DNA from: Candidatus Nomurabacteria bacterium
GTDB lineage: Bacteria; Patescibacteriota; Minisyncoccia; Phycocordibacterales; UBA9973
Direction of reading: 5' to 3'
Length of the DNA: 64,000 nucleotides
Assembly: GCA_037139835.1 (NCBI GenBank)
Contig: JBAXFQ010000002.1
Span: 10,659 to 74,658 of the forward strand
The notes under the pieces were generated by a model. That model was not told where the DNA came from. It did no database searches and worked only from the letters and a program-made list of their open reading frames with translations. Position numbers and translations under genes: made by a program. Of the stretch, positions 56,318 to 64,000 are shown piece by piece. The number at the start of each line of letters is the position of its first letter. Within the stretch, counting starts at the first letter, position 1.

Positions 56318-56509
56318 ATGAAAAATTTCTTTAAAATGATTATTTCCTTCCTTCCAGCAATTTGTTTTATAATGGTATATTCTTCGATAGGATCTATCGC
56401 TATAAACATAGTGAACCACAATCATTCAGGTATAATTAACTCCTTTATTCTCGGAGTTGTATTTATTGCTATTATGAAAATAGCTTCAAGAAGTTTAAAT
56501 GCAAATTGA
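56318..56509 (+). CDS. Small 2-TM hypothetical protein
   Basis: 63 aa; TTGACA promoter upstream and terminator at 56519-56566. Confidence 0.55.
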   Translation: MKNFFKMIISFLPAICFIMVYSSIGSIAINIVNHNHSGIINSFILGVVFIAIMKIASRSLNAN

Positions 56510-56582
56510 TTTATAATTAACAGCCAGATAATTTATTTTATATAAATTTATCTGGCTGTTTTTTTTGTGCTATAATCGAAAA

Positions 56583-57275
56583 ATGGAATCAAAAATAGGG
56601 ACTTTGTATATAATTGCTACGCCGATAGGGAACTTGGAGGATATTACTTTACGGGCGCTACGTATACTAAAAGAAGTAGATACTATTTTATGCGAAGATA
56701 CGAGGACTACTAGAGTCTTACTAAATAAATATGAAATAAAGACTAAAACTATGAGCTATAACGCACATGCAACAGAAGGGAAAGAATCAGTCATTATCAA
56801 AATGCTAGGAGAAGGGAAGGATTTGGCCTTAGTTTCTGATGCAGGAACTCCTACTATCTCTGATCCAGGAGTGATGCTAGTTGCAAATGTAAAGAAGGAA
56901 TTTGGTGAAGATATAAAAGTCGTTCCTATACCAGGACCAAGTGCGCTCATAGCAGCACTTTCAGCTAGTGGTGTTTCTTCTGCAGAGTTTACTTTCCTAG
57001 GTTTCTTACCACACAAGAAAGGAAGAGAAACTTTGTTTAAAGAAATTTCTAATAGTAAAAGAGTTGTAGTTTTCTATGAATCTACTCATCGTATAATGAA
57101 GACTCTCTCGTCTCTCGTAGAATATGCTCCGACATTTAAGGTAGTAATAGGAAGAGAGATCACAAAGCAATTTGAAGAATTCGTAGAAGGTACTCCAGAA
57201 GAAGTTTTGTCATATTTTACAGTAAATGATGATAAACATAGAGGAGAATTTGTCGTCATTGTGGAGCCTAAATAA
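56583..57275 (+). CDS. rsmI: 16S rRNA C1402 2'-O-methyltransferase
   Basis: LYIIATPIGNLEDIT.RA, CEDTR, VSDAGTP.ISDPG and REITKQFEE. Confidence 0.96.
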   Translation: MESKIGTLYIIATPIGNLEDITLRALRILKEVDTILCEDTRTTRVLLNKYEIKTKTMSYNAHATEGKESVIIKMLGEGKDLALVSDAGTPTISDPGVMLVANVKKEFGEDIKVVPIPGPSALIAALSASGVSSAEFTFLGFLPHKKGRETLFKEISNSKRVVVFYESTHRIMKTLSSLVEYAPTFKVVIGREITKQFEEFVEGTPEEVLSYFTVNDDKHRGEFVVIVEPK

Positions 57276-57293
57276 ATACGCTATAATAAAAGG

Positions 57294-57509
57294 ATGAGAA
57301 AAGAAAGAACATTACTTATACTTGGTATTTTTGTGGCTCTTTTGCCATATATGGGTTTCTATGAGAGCTGGAGAAAGATATTGTTTATGATATTAGGATT
57401 GAGTATTGTTTATATATCTTACTTATTTTATATAGAAGCTAAAGCTCGTTTAGATAAAGAAGACAACAAGATAAAATCATTTATAGATAATATAAAAAGC
57501 GGAGAATAA
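57294..57509 (+). CDS. Small 2-TM hypothetical protein
   Basis: 71 aa; leaderless-type promoter. Confidence 0.7.
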   Translation: MRKERTLLILGIFVALLPYMGFYESWRKILFMILGLSIVYISYLFYIEAKARLDKEDNKIKSFIDNIKSGE

Positions 57510-57510
57510 T

Positions 57511-58743
57511 ATGCAGAACAAAAAATCAGTCAAGTTATCTATTTTTATAGTACTCGCATTGTCCATATGCGGGTTATTTGTTTATTTTGCATTACCATTT
57601 TTTAAGAACCAGATTGAATATAATAGTGATATAAAAGTAGTTGCTTCCGATGGTACGACACCAGTCCCAGCACATGAAGTAAATGATATTTTGCCATTAA
57701 CTGCTCCTACGGAAGTTCCTGTCGTGAGTCCTATCATAGTTACACATATACAAACACCTTCAAAAGTTAAAGCTGCCTATATATCTGCTTGGGTGGCAGG
57801 AGCTCCTAAGTATCGTGATCCTGTAGTCAAAATGATAGATGAGACAGAGTTGAATTCTATTGTTATAGATGTGAAGGATTCAACAGGTAGAGTCAGTTTT
57901 GATATGCCAGTTCCTGAAATTCAAAAAGAAGGAAGTATCGAAAAAAGAATTAAAAATATTCGCGAACTAACAGATATGCTACACAAGAAGAATATCTATA
58001 TCATAGGTCGTGTCGCTGTGTTCCAAGATCCTTACATGACAAAGAAGCATCCTGAATGGTCTATAACCAAGAAAAGTGATGGAGGAGTATGGAAAGACCG
58101 CAAAGGTTTATCATTCCTAGATCCAGCTAAAAAAGAAGTTCAGGACTATGTGGTGAGTGTGGCAAAGGGAGCATATGAAGAAGGCTTCGATGAGATAAAC
58201 TTTGATTACATTCGTTATCCATCAGATGGTAATATGAAAGATATCAATTATCATTTGAAGACTGGTGAGACTAGATCAGATAATATAGAAAAGTTTTTTA
58301 AATATTTATCGACAGAAGTCAAAAAAGAAAAGAATATCCCTATGTCAGCAGATCTGTTTGGTCTAACTACAGAAGCGACGGATGATATGGGAATAGGGCA
58401 AGTCTGGGAAAAGGCATTACCTTATTTTGATTTCCTTTGTCCCATGGTTTATCCATCTCATTATCCTCCTGGTCAAATGGGATTTAAAAATCCAGCAGAC
58501 CACCCTTATGAGATAATAAATCAAGCGATGCTGAGTGCCATAGCAAAGACTGATAAAGTTGCTGGAGATAAGAACAAGATCCGACCATGGTTGCAAGACT
58601 TTGATATGGGGGCCACTTATACAAAAGAATTAATACAAAAAGAATTTAAGGCAGTTTATGATAATAGTCTAAATTCTTGGATGTTGTGGGACCCAGCCAA
58701 TAAATATACTCCTTCTGCTTTAGAACTTGAAACAAATCAATAA
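57511..58743 (+). CDS. Putative glycoside hydrolase (DUF4015-like TIM barrel)
   Basis: TELNSIVIDVKD, GFDEINFDYIRYP, PMVYPSHY and RPWLQDF. Confidence 0.85.
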   Translation: MQNKKSVKLSIFIVLALSICGLFVYFALPFFKNQIEYNSDIKVVASDGTTPVPAHEVNDILPLTAPTEVPVVSPIIVTHIQTPSKVKAAYISAWVAGAPKYRDPVVKMIDETELNSIVIDVKDSTGRVSFDMPVPEIQKEGSIEKRIKNIRELTDMLHKKNIYIIGRVAVFQDPYMTKKHPEWSITKKSDGGVWKDRKGLSFLDPAKKEVQDYVVSVAKGAYEEGFDEINFDYIRYPSDGNMKDINYHLKTGETRSDNIEKFFKYLSTEVKKEKNIPMSADLFGLTTEATDDMGIGQVWEKALPYFDFLCPMVYPSHYPPGQMGFKNPADHPYEIINQAMLSAIAKTDKVAGDKNKIRPWLQDFDMGATYTKELIQKEFKAVYDNSLNSWMLWDPANKYTPSALELETNQ

Positions 58744-58764
58744 TTCTGTAATAATAAAAAAACA

Positions 58765-59985
58765 ATGAAAATAAACTATAAGAAAACCGGGTATGTTTTA
58801 GCATCAATAATTTTATCGTTAGTTATACTTGCTGTAGGAGTATATATAGGATATTCTCATCGTCCTGAGATAGATAAGATAACTTCTGTAACCAATAAAA
58901 CTCCTAATTTTGAGACTACGGCTGATTTTACTCCATTTTGGAAAGCATGGAATTTATTGAAAGAAAAGTCTATATATTCAGATAAATTGACTGATCAGAA
59001 CCTTGTTTGGGGTGCTATAAAAGGTCTTGCAGGCACTACAGGAGACCCATATACGACTTTCTTCAGCCCAGACGACAATAAGCTCTTCAAGGATGAGATA
59101 AAGGGCTCTTTTGGTGGTATAGGAGCTGAAGTTGGAATTAAAGATAATGTTTTGACTATAATTGCTCCATTGAAGAATACTCCAGCTTGGAAGGCTGGAA
59201 TAAAAAGTGGTGATAAGATTCTAAAGATAGATAAGACTGCTACCAATGACTTATCTGTAGATGAAGCTATAAATATAATGCGCGGAGAGAAAGGTACAAC
59301 TGTAGTTCTTACTATTCTAAGAGAAGGCGAAAGTGCCACAAGAGAAATAAAAATAGTTAGAGATACAATTGATATACCGACGATAGATACAGAAAATTTA
59401 CCAGGAGGTATATCAGTAATTAAGTTTTATAGTTTCTCTGAAAATTCTGATAATTTATTTGCCAAAGCTTTAAATGAATTTATAAAGTCTGGAAATCATA
59501 AACTTATTCTTGACCTTAGAGGTAATCCAGGAGGTTATCTAGAAGTTGCAGTCAATATAGCATCTTGGTTTGTAGACGAAGGAAAAGTGATAGTTAGTGA
59601 AGATTTTGGTGGTACTCACAAAGCTCAAGATTACCGAAGTCATGGTCCAAGATTATTTAATGATAAATTACAGTTTGTTGTTCTTGTGGACGGAGGTTCA
59701 GCTTCCGCCTCAGAGATCCTAGCTGGTGCATTAAGAGAGCATAAGATAGCAACACTTATAGGAGAGACTACTTTTGGAAAGGGGTCGGTTCAAGAACTTG
59801 TAGACGTTACTCCTGCTACATCATTAAAGGTTACAGTAGCTAGGTGGCTCACTCCAAATGGTATATCAATATCAAAAGCTGGTCTTGAACCAGATATAAA
59901 GGTTCCATTCACAGTAAAAGATTTTGAATCTAAAAAGGATCCACAAATGGATAAAGCAGTAGAAGTATTGAAAGCTAAAGAATAA
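58765..59985 (+). CDS. C-terminal processing peptidase, S41 family, with PDZ domain
   Basis: DPYT, GGIGAE, DLRGNPGGYL, SASASEILAGAL and TFGKGSVQ. Confidence 0.95.
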   Translation: MKINYKKTGYVLASIILSLVILAVGVYIGYSHRPEIDKITSVTNKTPNFETTADFTPFWKAWNLLKEKSIYSDKLTDQNLVWGAIKGLAGTTGDPYTTFFSPDDNKLFKDEIKGSFGGIGAEVGIKDNVLTIIAPLKNTPAWKAGIKSGDKILKIDKTATNDLSVDEAINIMRGEKGTTVVLTILREGESATREIKIVRDTIDIPTIDTENLPGGISVIKFYSFSENSDNLFAKALNEFIKSGNHKLILDLRGNPGGYLEVAVNIASWFVDEGKVIVSEDFGGTHKAQDYRSHGPRLFNDKLQFVVLVDGGSASASEILAGALREHKIATLIGETTFGKGSVQELVDVTPATSLKVTVARWLTPNGISISKAGLEPDIKVPFTVKDFESKKDPQMDKAVEVLKAKE

Positions 59986-59989
59986 GATT

Positions 59990-60020
59990 AAATTTGCATA
60001 GGTCTGACCTATGCAAATTT
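59990..60020. repeat. Perfect 15-bp inverted repeat
   Basis: AAATTTGCATAGGTC-T-GACCTATGCAAATTT. Confidence 0.7.
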
Positions 60021-60060
60021 TGTAATTGCAGGTAATAAATTAAAATGATATATTAAAAAT

Positions 60061-60498
60061 ATGAAGATAATACTAACAACAGATGTCCCTAAATTGGGTA
60101 ATAGATATGAGATTAAAGATTTAAAAGACGGATATGCCAACGTGCTCATATCAAAAGGTGTGGCATTGCTTGCAAGTCCTCAGGCTCTTTCTAGCTTGGC
60201 AGCAAAGAAAGCTCAATCAGAAAAGAAAAAGGAAGAAGAGATGAAGATTTTTGAGTCTATGATTTCTACTATAGACAACAAGAAGATTGAAGTAAAAGTT
60301 AAAGCAAATGAAAAAGGTCATTTATTCAAATCTGTGTCTGCTCGAGACATAGTCTCTGCTATCAAAGATATGACAGGCGTAGAGATAGAAGAGTCTGCTG
60401 TAGTAATGAATCATATAAAAGAAGTAGGAACTCATATGGTGGAGATAAAAAAGGGTAATAGAAAAGGGAAGTGTGAAGTGATAGTAAAAGCAAATTAG
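60061..60498 (+). CDS. rplI: 50S ribosomal protein L9
   Basis: MKIIL..DV..LG......K.GYA.; GHLF.SV...DI. Confidence 0.93.
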   Translation: MKIILTTDVPKLGNRYEIKDLKDGYANVLISKGVALLASPQALSSLAAKKAQSEKKKEEEMKIFESMISTIDNKKIEVKVKANEKGHLFKSVSARDIVSAIKDMTGVEIEESAVVMNHIKEVGTHMVEIKKGNRKGKCEVIVKAN

Positions 60499-60499
60499 A

Positions 60500-60535
60500 A
60501 ATTAAAAAATCCTCATTGCTGAGGATTTTTTAATT
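60500..60535. terminator. Bidirectional terminator between rplI and rpmA
   Basis: AATTAAAAAATCCTCA-TTGC-TGAGGATTTTTTAATT. Confidence 0.75.
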
Positions 60536-60813
60536 TACTTTTCTATTACGTGAACTATTTTCTTGACTGATGATGTTCTGTTGAAGTTTGTCTTTCTTTT
60601 AGTTCCAAATTTGATTGTTCCAGGTTTTAGAGCAAAAAGAGTATGGTCTTTACCTAGTCCTACATTGTTACCAGCAAGTATCTTTGTACCTCTTTGGCGA
60701 ATGATTATAGATCCTGCTTTTGCAGTTTCTCCAGCATAAAGCTTAGTACCTAGATACTTTGGATTTGAGTCTGTTAAATTTTTAGCCGATCCGCCGGCTT
60801 TTCTATGTGCCAT
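60535..60813 (-). CDS. rpmA: 50S ribosomal protein L27
   Basis: [19 protein letters not shown] and [12 protein letters not shown]. Confidence 0.97.
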   Translation of the reverse strand: MAHRKAGGSAKNLTDSNPKYLGTKLYAGETAKAGSIIIRQRGTKILAGNNVGLGKDHTLFALKPGTIKFGTKRKTNFNRTSSVKKIVHVIEK

Positions 60814-60918
60814 ATAATAAGTTAATAGTTAAAAGTTTATAGTTTAAAGTAGGATAATGGCCTAAAATTACTATATAATCTAGTAAACTAACGAAAATTG
60901 ATTTATAATTAAACTCAT

Positions 60919-61320
60919 ATGAGTATAAATGATTTTATGGATAAAATCAAGGGTAAAATAGGCCTTGACGTTTATACACTTATATGTCTTTGTATAATAG
61001 TTATAGTGAGTGTTGCTTCCTTTGGTTTAGGTAGGCTTTCGGTTTTAAATACTATCGATAAATCGAATTCAAAATTAGGAAACGATAATACGAGTCTTGT
61101 CAAAGGGGAGATAGGGAATAGTAATATAGTAGAGAATGATACAGTAGTAGACTCATCTTTATCTAAGAAAAGAATGTATGTCGCTTCAAAAAATGGTAAA
61201 CTATATTATAGTTTAGGATGTAGCGGAGCAAAAAGAATATCAGCCAAGAATGAAATATGGTTTGCTACAACGAGTGAAGCAGAGAAGGCAGGATTTACAT
61301 TATCAGCATCATGTAAATAA
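60919..61320 (+). CDS. Membrane-anchored protein with an Ada-metal-binding-like C-terminus
   Basis: TM ending SFGLGRLS; YVASKNGKLYY..C...I..N.IWF....AEKAGF....C. Confidence 0.7.
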   Translation: MSINDFMDKIKGKIGLDVYTLICLCIIVIVSVASFGLGRLSVLNTIDKSNSKLGNDNTSLVKGEIGNSNIVENDTVVDSSLSKKRMYVASKNGKLYYSLGCSGAKRISAKNEIWFATTSEAEKAGFTLSASCK

Positions 61321-61328
61321 TTTTTTTA

Positions 61329-62267
61329 ATGAAATATACAAATCAAGTAATTTTTATAATAATACTTATAGCCTTAGTCTATGTTATCGGTACAGACTAT
61401 AAGTCGATATATTCTAAAACTCTTTCTTTTATTCAAGGTAAGTCAGGTATTACTAGTATACAAAGCAAGATGAATGATGCCATCAATTCTGTTAATGGTA
61501 CAAATAATAGTAGTAATATTGATACTACAAAAAATGCAGTTGTACCTGGAGCTCTTGTTGTTTCTGATAATTATCTAACTTCTAATACAAAGAATATAAA
61601 ACTAACTAAAGAAAAAGTAATAGAAATAACAAACAAAGAAAGATCTCTCAATGGGAATCTTCCTCCATTAAAAGAAAATTCAAAACTAGATTTTTCAGCC
61701 GAGAAAAAATTACAAGATATGTTTACTAAAGGGTACTTCGAACATGTCTCACCAGATGGCGTAGGAGTAGCAGATCTTGGGACTCAGGTTGGCTATGAAT
61801 ATATCATAATAGGTGAAAATCTAGCATTGGGAAATTTTAAGGATGATCAGTCTCTCGTCGATGCTTGGATGGCTAGTCCAGGACATAGAGCAAATATATT
61901 AAATAATAAATATTCTGATATAGGTGTCTCTATTGGTAAAGGTACATACAAGGGAGAAAGTGTTTGGATGGCTGTACAGCATTTTGCATTACCAAAATCA
62001 GCTTGCCCTAAAATTGATGAAGTCTTAAGAGGTATGATAGATATAGAACAAAAGAATATGAAGCAAATGGAAGTAGAATTAGGGTCTAGAAAAGTGATGA
62101 TAGATAGTGGAGCCATATCAGGAGGGGCTACAACAATGGGTCAAATAAATGATTACAATGTATTAGTTTCTGAATATAATAAATTAATTTTAGATATTAA
62201 AAATAAAACAAATATTTACAATGCAGAAGTTAGAGATTTCAATAATTGTATAGCAAGTGTAAACTAG
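61329..62267 (+). CDS. CAP/SCP domain protein
   Basis: TNKER, YFEH.SPDG, GENLA and WMASPGHRANILN. Confidence 0.92.
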   Translation: MKYTNQVIFIIILIALVYVIGTDYKSIYSKTLSFIQGKSGITSIQSKMNDAINSVNGTNNSSNIDTTKNAVVPGALVVSDNYLTSNTKNIKLTKEKVIEITNKERSLNGNLPPLKENSKLDFSAEKKLQDMFTKGYFEHVSPDGVGVADLGTQVGYEYIIIGENLALGNFKDDQSLVDAWMASPGHRANILNNKYSDIGVSIGKGTYKGESVWMAVQHFALPKSACPKIDEVLRGMIDIEQKNMKQMEVELGSRKVMIDSGAISGGATTMGQINDYNVLVSEYNKLILDIKNKTNIYNAEVRDFNNCIASVN

Positions 62268-62635
62268 TATATAAAATATATAGGGAAGTAGTATTAGGGG
62301 GCCTTAAAGGGCCCTTTATTAGTAGGGCTTATTTTATATAAGAGTGTCGTACAATATATCTTTTACGACACTATATCCTAAAACTTAAGCTGGAGTATAA
62401 TACTCCAGCTCCCGTAAACCGGTGGTTAGTTTCTTTTCTTTTGATGTTTCTTTTGCTTTTTCATTCCCTCGCAGTTTCGTCCATGTTTTGGATTGCCTTT
62501 TTGCTCTTCTTTCGCTTGCATAAGAAAATTTTTAGTTATTAAAAAAAGAAAAATTTACACTCTAGAAAACTCCAAAAAAGAAGTAATCTATTTGTTGAAT
62601 ATATTACTCCTTTTTATTTATTTTGCAATATTATT

Positions 62636-63910
62636 TTATCCTACGAATGTGAGTGCGACACCCTTACTACTTGCACGTCCTGTTCTACCGATTCTGTGAA
62701 TATATGTATCGTAAGTTTGTGGAATCTCGTAGTTGATGACGTGAGTCACTTCAGGTATATCTAGACCTCTAGCTGCTACGTCTGTAGCGACCATTATATT
62801 GATCTCATCGTTTCTAAAACGTAGTAAAGTACGCTGACGGTCATTGTGACGTTTATCACCATGAATTGACCCTGCCTTGTACCCTCTTTTGTTTAATTCA
62901 ACAGAAAGTTTTTCTACTGAATGCTTCATTTCAGAAAAAATTAAAACTTTTTTAAATTCATTTTCTTTATCAAGAAGCTGACATAGTACATCGATTTTAT
63001 CTGTTCCTTTAGCTATCCTTATGACATCTTGTTCGACATTTTTTGAAGTCTCACGAGTTTTTACCATAACTTTTACAGGATCATTTGCAAATCTTTCTAT
63101 CAATTTCTCGATTGGTTTTGGTAATGTTGCAGAGAAGAAAAATCCTTGTCTGTCTGGAGAAGTTTTCTCTAATAAGAATGTTATATCATCTATGAATCCC
63201 ATATCAAGCATTCTGTCTGCTTCATCTAATACGACAGATCGTGTTCCTGGTAGATTGATCTCTCCACGTTTTACTAAGTCTAGAAGTCTTCCTGGTGTAC
63301 CTATGACAACATTACATTCACGACGTAGATTTCTTATCTGAGCTTGTATAGGAGCTCCTCCTACGCAGACTACTCCAAATATTTTCATTCCACGAACAAA
63401 GTCATTGAATTCAGTTTCTATTTGGATAGCTAATTCTCGTGTTGGGGCTATTATGATGGCTGTCTCATCCCTATTATTGATTATTTTATTTATTATAGGT
63501 ATGAGAAATGCTGCAGTTTTGCCTGTTCCAGTATCTGCTATTCCTAGGATGTCCCTTCCTTCAAGTGCATGAGAGATCGACTTGTCTTGAATAGGACTTG
63601 GGTAAATATAATTCTTATTTGCGATAGCAAGTTTAAGTTTTGCGTCTATTTTAAAATCAGCAAAAGTATGATTTGGAATATATATTTCTTCCTTTTCTAC
63701 TACTGTTGATTTACTTATGAATCTAGAAACGTCAATCCTCTCAAAAGATGACTTTCTTTTATTTCTACCTCCACTATTTCTACTTCCTCCACCTCTACTG
63801 AAGTTACTTCGACCTGAAGAAAAACCTCCTCGGATAGGACCTGCAGATCTACCTCCACTCGAATAATTAGGGGCTCTATTTGAGCCTCTTTGTTTTGTAT
63901 TATTATACAT
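62636..63910 (-). CDS. DEAD-box RNA helicase
   Basis: PSPIQ, TGTGKT, PTRELA, DEADR, SAT, ARGLD and HRIGRTGR; RGG-rich N-terminus; start likely MYNN at 63910. Confidence 0.96.
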   Translation of the reverse strand: MYNNTKQRGSNRAPNYSSGGRSAGPIRGGFSSGRSNFSRGGGSRNSGGRNKRKSSFERIDVSRFISKSTVVEKEEIYIPNHTFADFKIDAKLKLAIANKNYIYPSPIQDKSISHALEGRDILGIADTGTGKTAAFLIPIINKIINNRDETAIIIAPTRELAIQIETEFNDFVRGMKIFGVVCVGGAPIQAQIRNLRRECNVVIGTPGRLLDLVKRGEINLPGTRSVVLDEADRMLDMGFIDDITFLLEKTSPDRQGFFFSATLPKPIEKLIERFANDPVKVMVKTRETSKNVEQDVIRIAKGTDKIDVLCQLLDKENEFKKVLIFSEMKHSVEKLSVELNKRGYKAGSIHGDKRHNDRQRTLLRFRNDEINIMVATDVAARGLDIPEVTHVINYEIPQTYDTYIHRIGRTGRASSKGVALTFVG

Positions 63911-64000
63911 ATTTATTTCTTTGCGTGTTTCAAAATTAAAATTGAAACACTCATACACACAAGGAGTTTTTCAATATAGTATGATATTATCACCTATATA

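Noticed and set aside
1013-63341. Many antisense or nested ORFs (e.g. 1289-1582, 11093-11695, 13249-13815, 17106-17549, 48368-48814, 58995-59339, 63021-63341)
   Set aside because: They are shadows of well-supported genes, with no motifs of their own.
1-64000. Alternative genetic code (TGA=Gly, as in Gracilibacteria/SR1)
   Set aside because: Core genes translate full-length under code 11, and TGA ends genes such as the NUDIX ORF.

Overview
This is an AT-rich window from a reduced bacterial genome, most consistent with Patescibacteria/CPR (Parcubacteria-like). That call is inferred from gene content, scattered single ribosomal-protein genes, tRNA genes without CCA and leaderless genes. TGA acts as a stop, so the code is 11. 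The core backbone carries zwf (partial), ychF, tsaC, leuS, murJ, lepA, valS, tsaD, cmk, murE/D/C, PBP2, greA, lysS, mraZ-rsmH-ftsL-ftsI-murF, rsmI, an S41 protease, rplI, rpmA, a DEAD-box helicase and four tRNAs (Gly-CCC, Arg-CCT, Phe-GAA, Glu-CTC). Accessory content includes an EcoRI-type adenine MTase with a DUF262-HNH nuclease, a five-gene C50-type carotenoid cluster and a yceI/hxlR/ygiD/bcp block. The most striking signals are non-coding. (1) An integron-like array of five promoter-ORF-terminator cassettes lies 3' of tRNA-Glu, each opened by a ~55-bp repeat that shares a core with the tRNA 3' end; no integrase is visible in the window. (2) Structured, covarying ~170-bp elements follow tRNA-Gly and tRNA-Arg, each carrying an inverted and a direct copy of its own tRNA's 3' end. 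(3) A canonical type III hammerhead ribozyme sits at 5216-5264. (4) A palindromic repeat is inserted in-frame in tsaD, with a second copy downstream. All family calls come from motifs read by eye; no searches were run.
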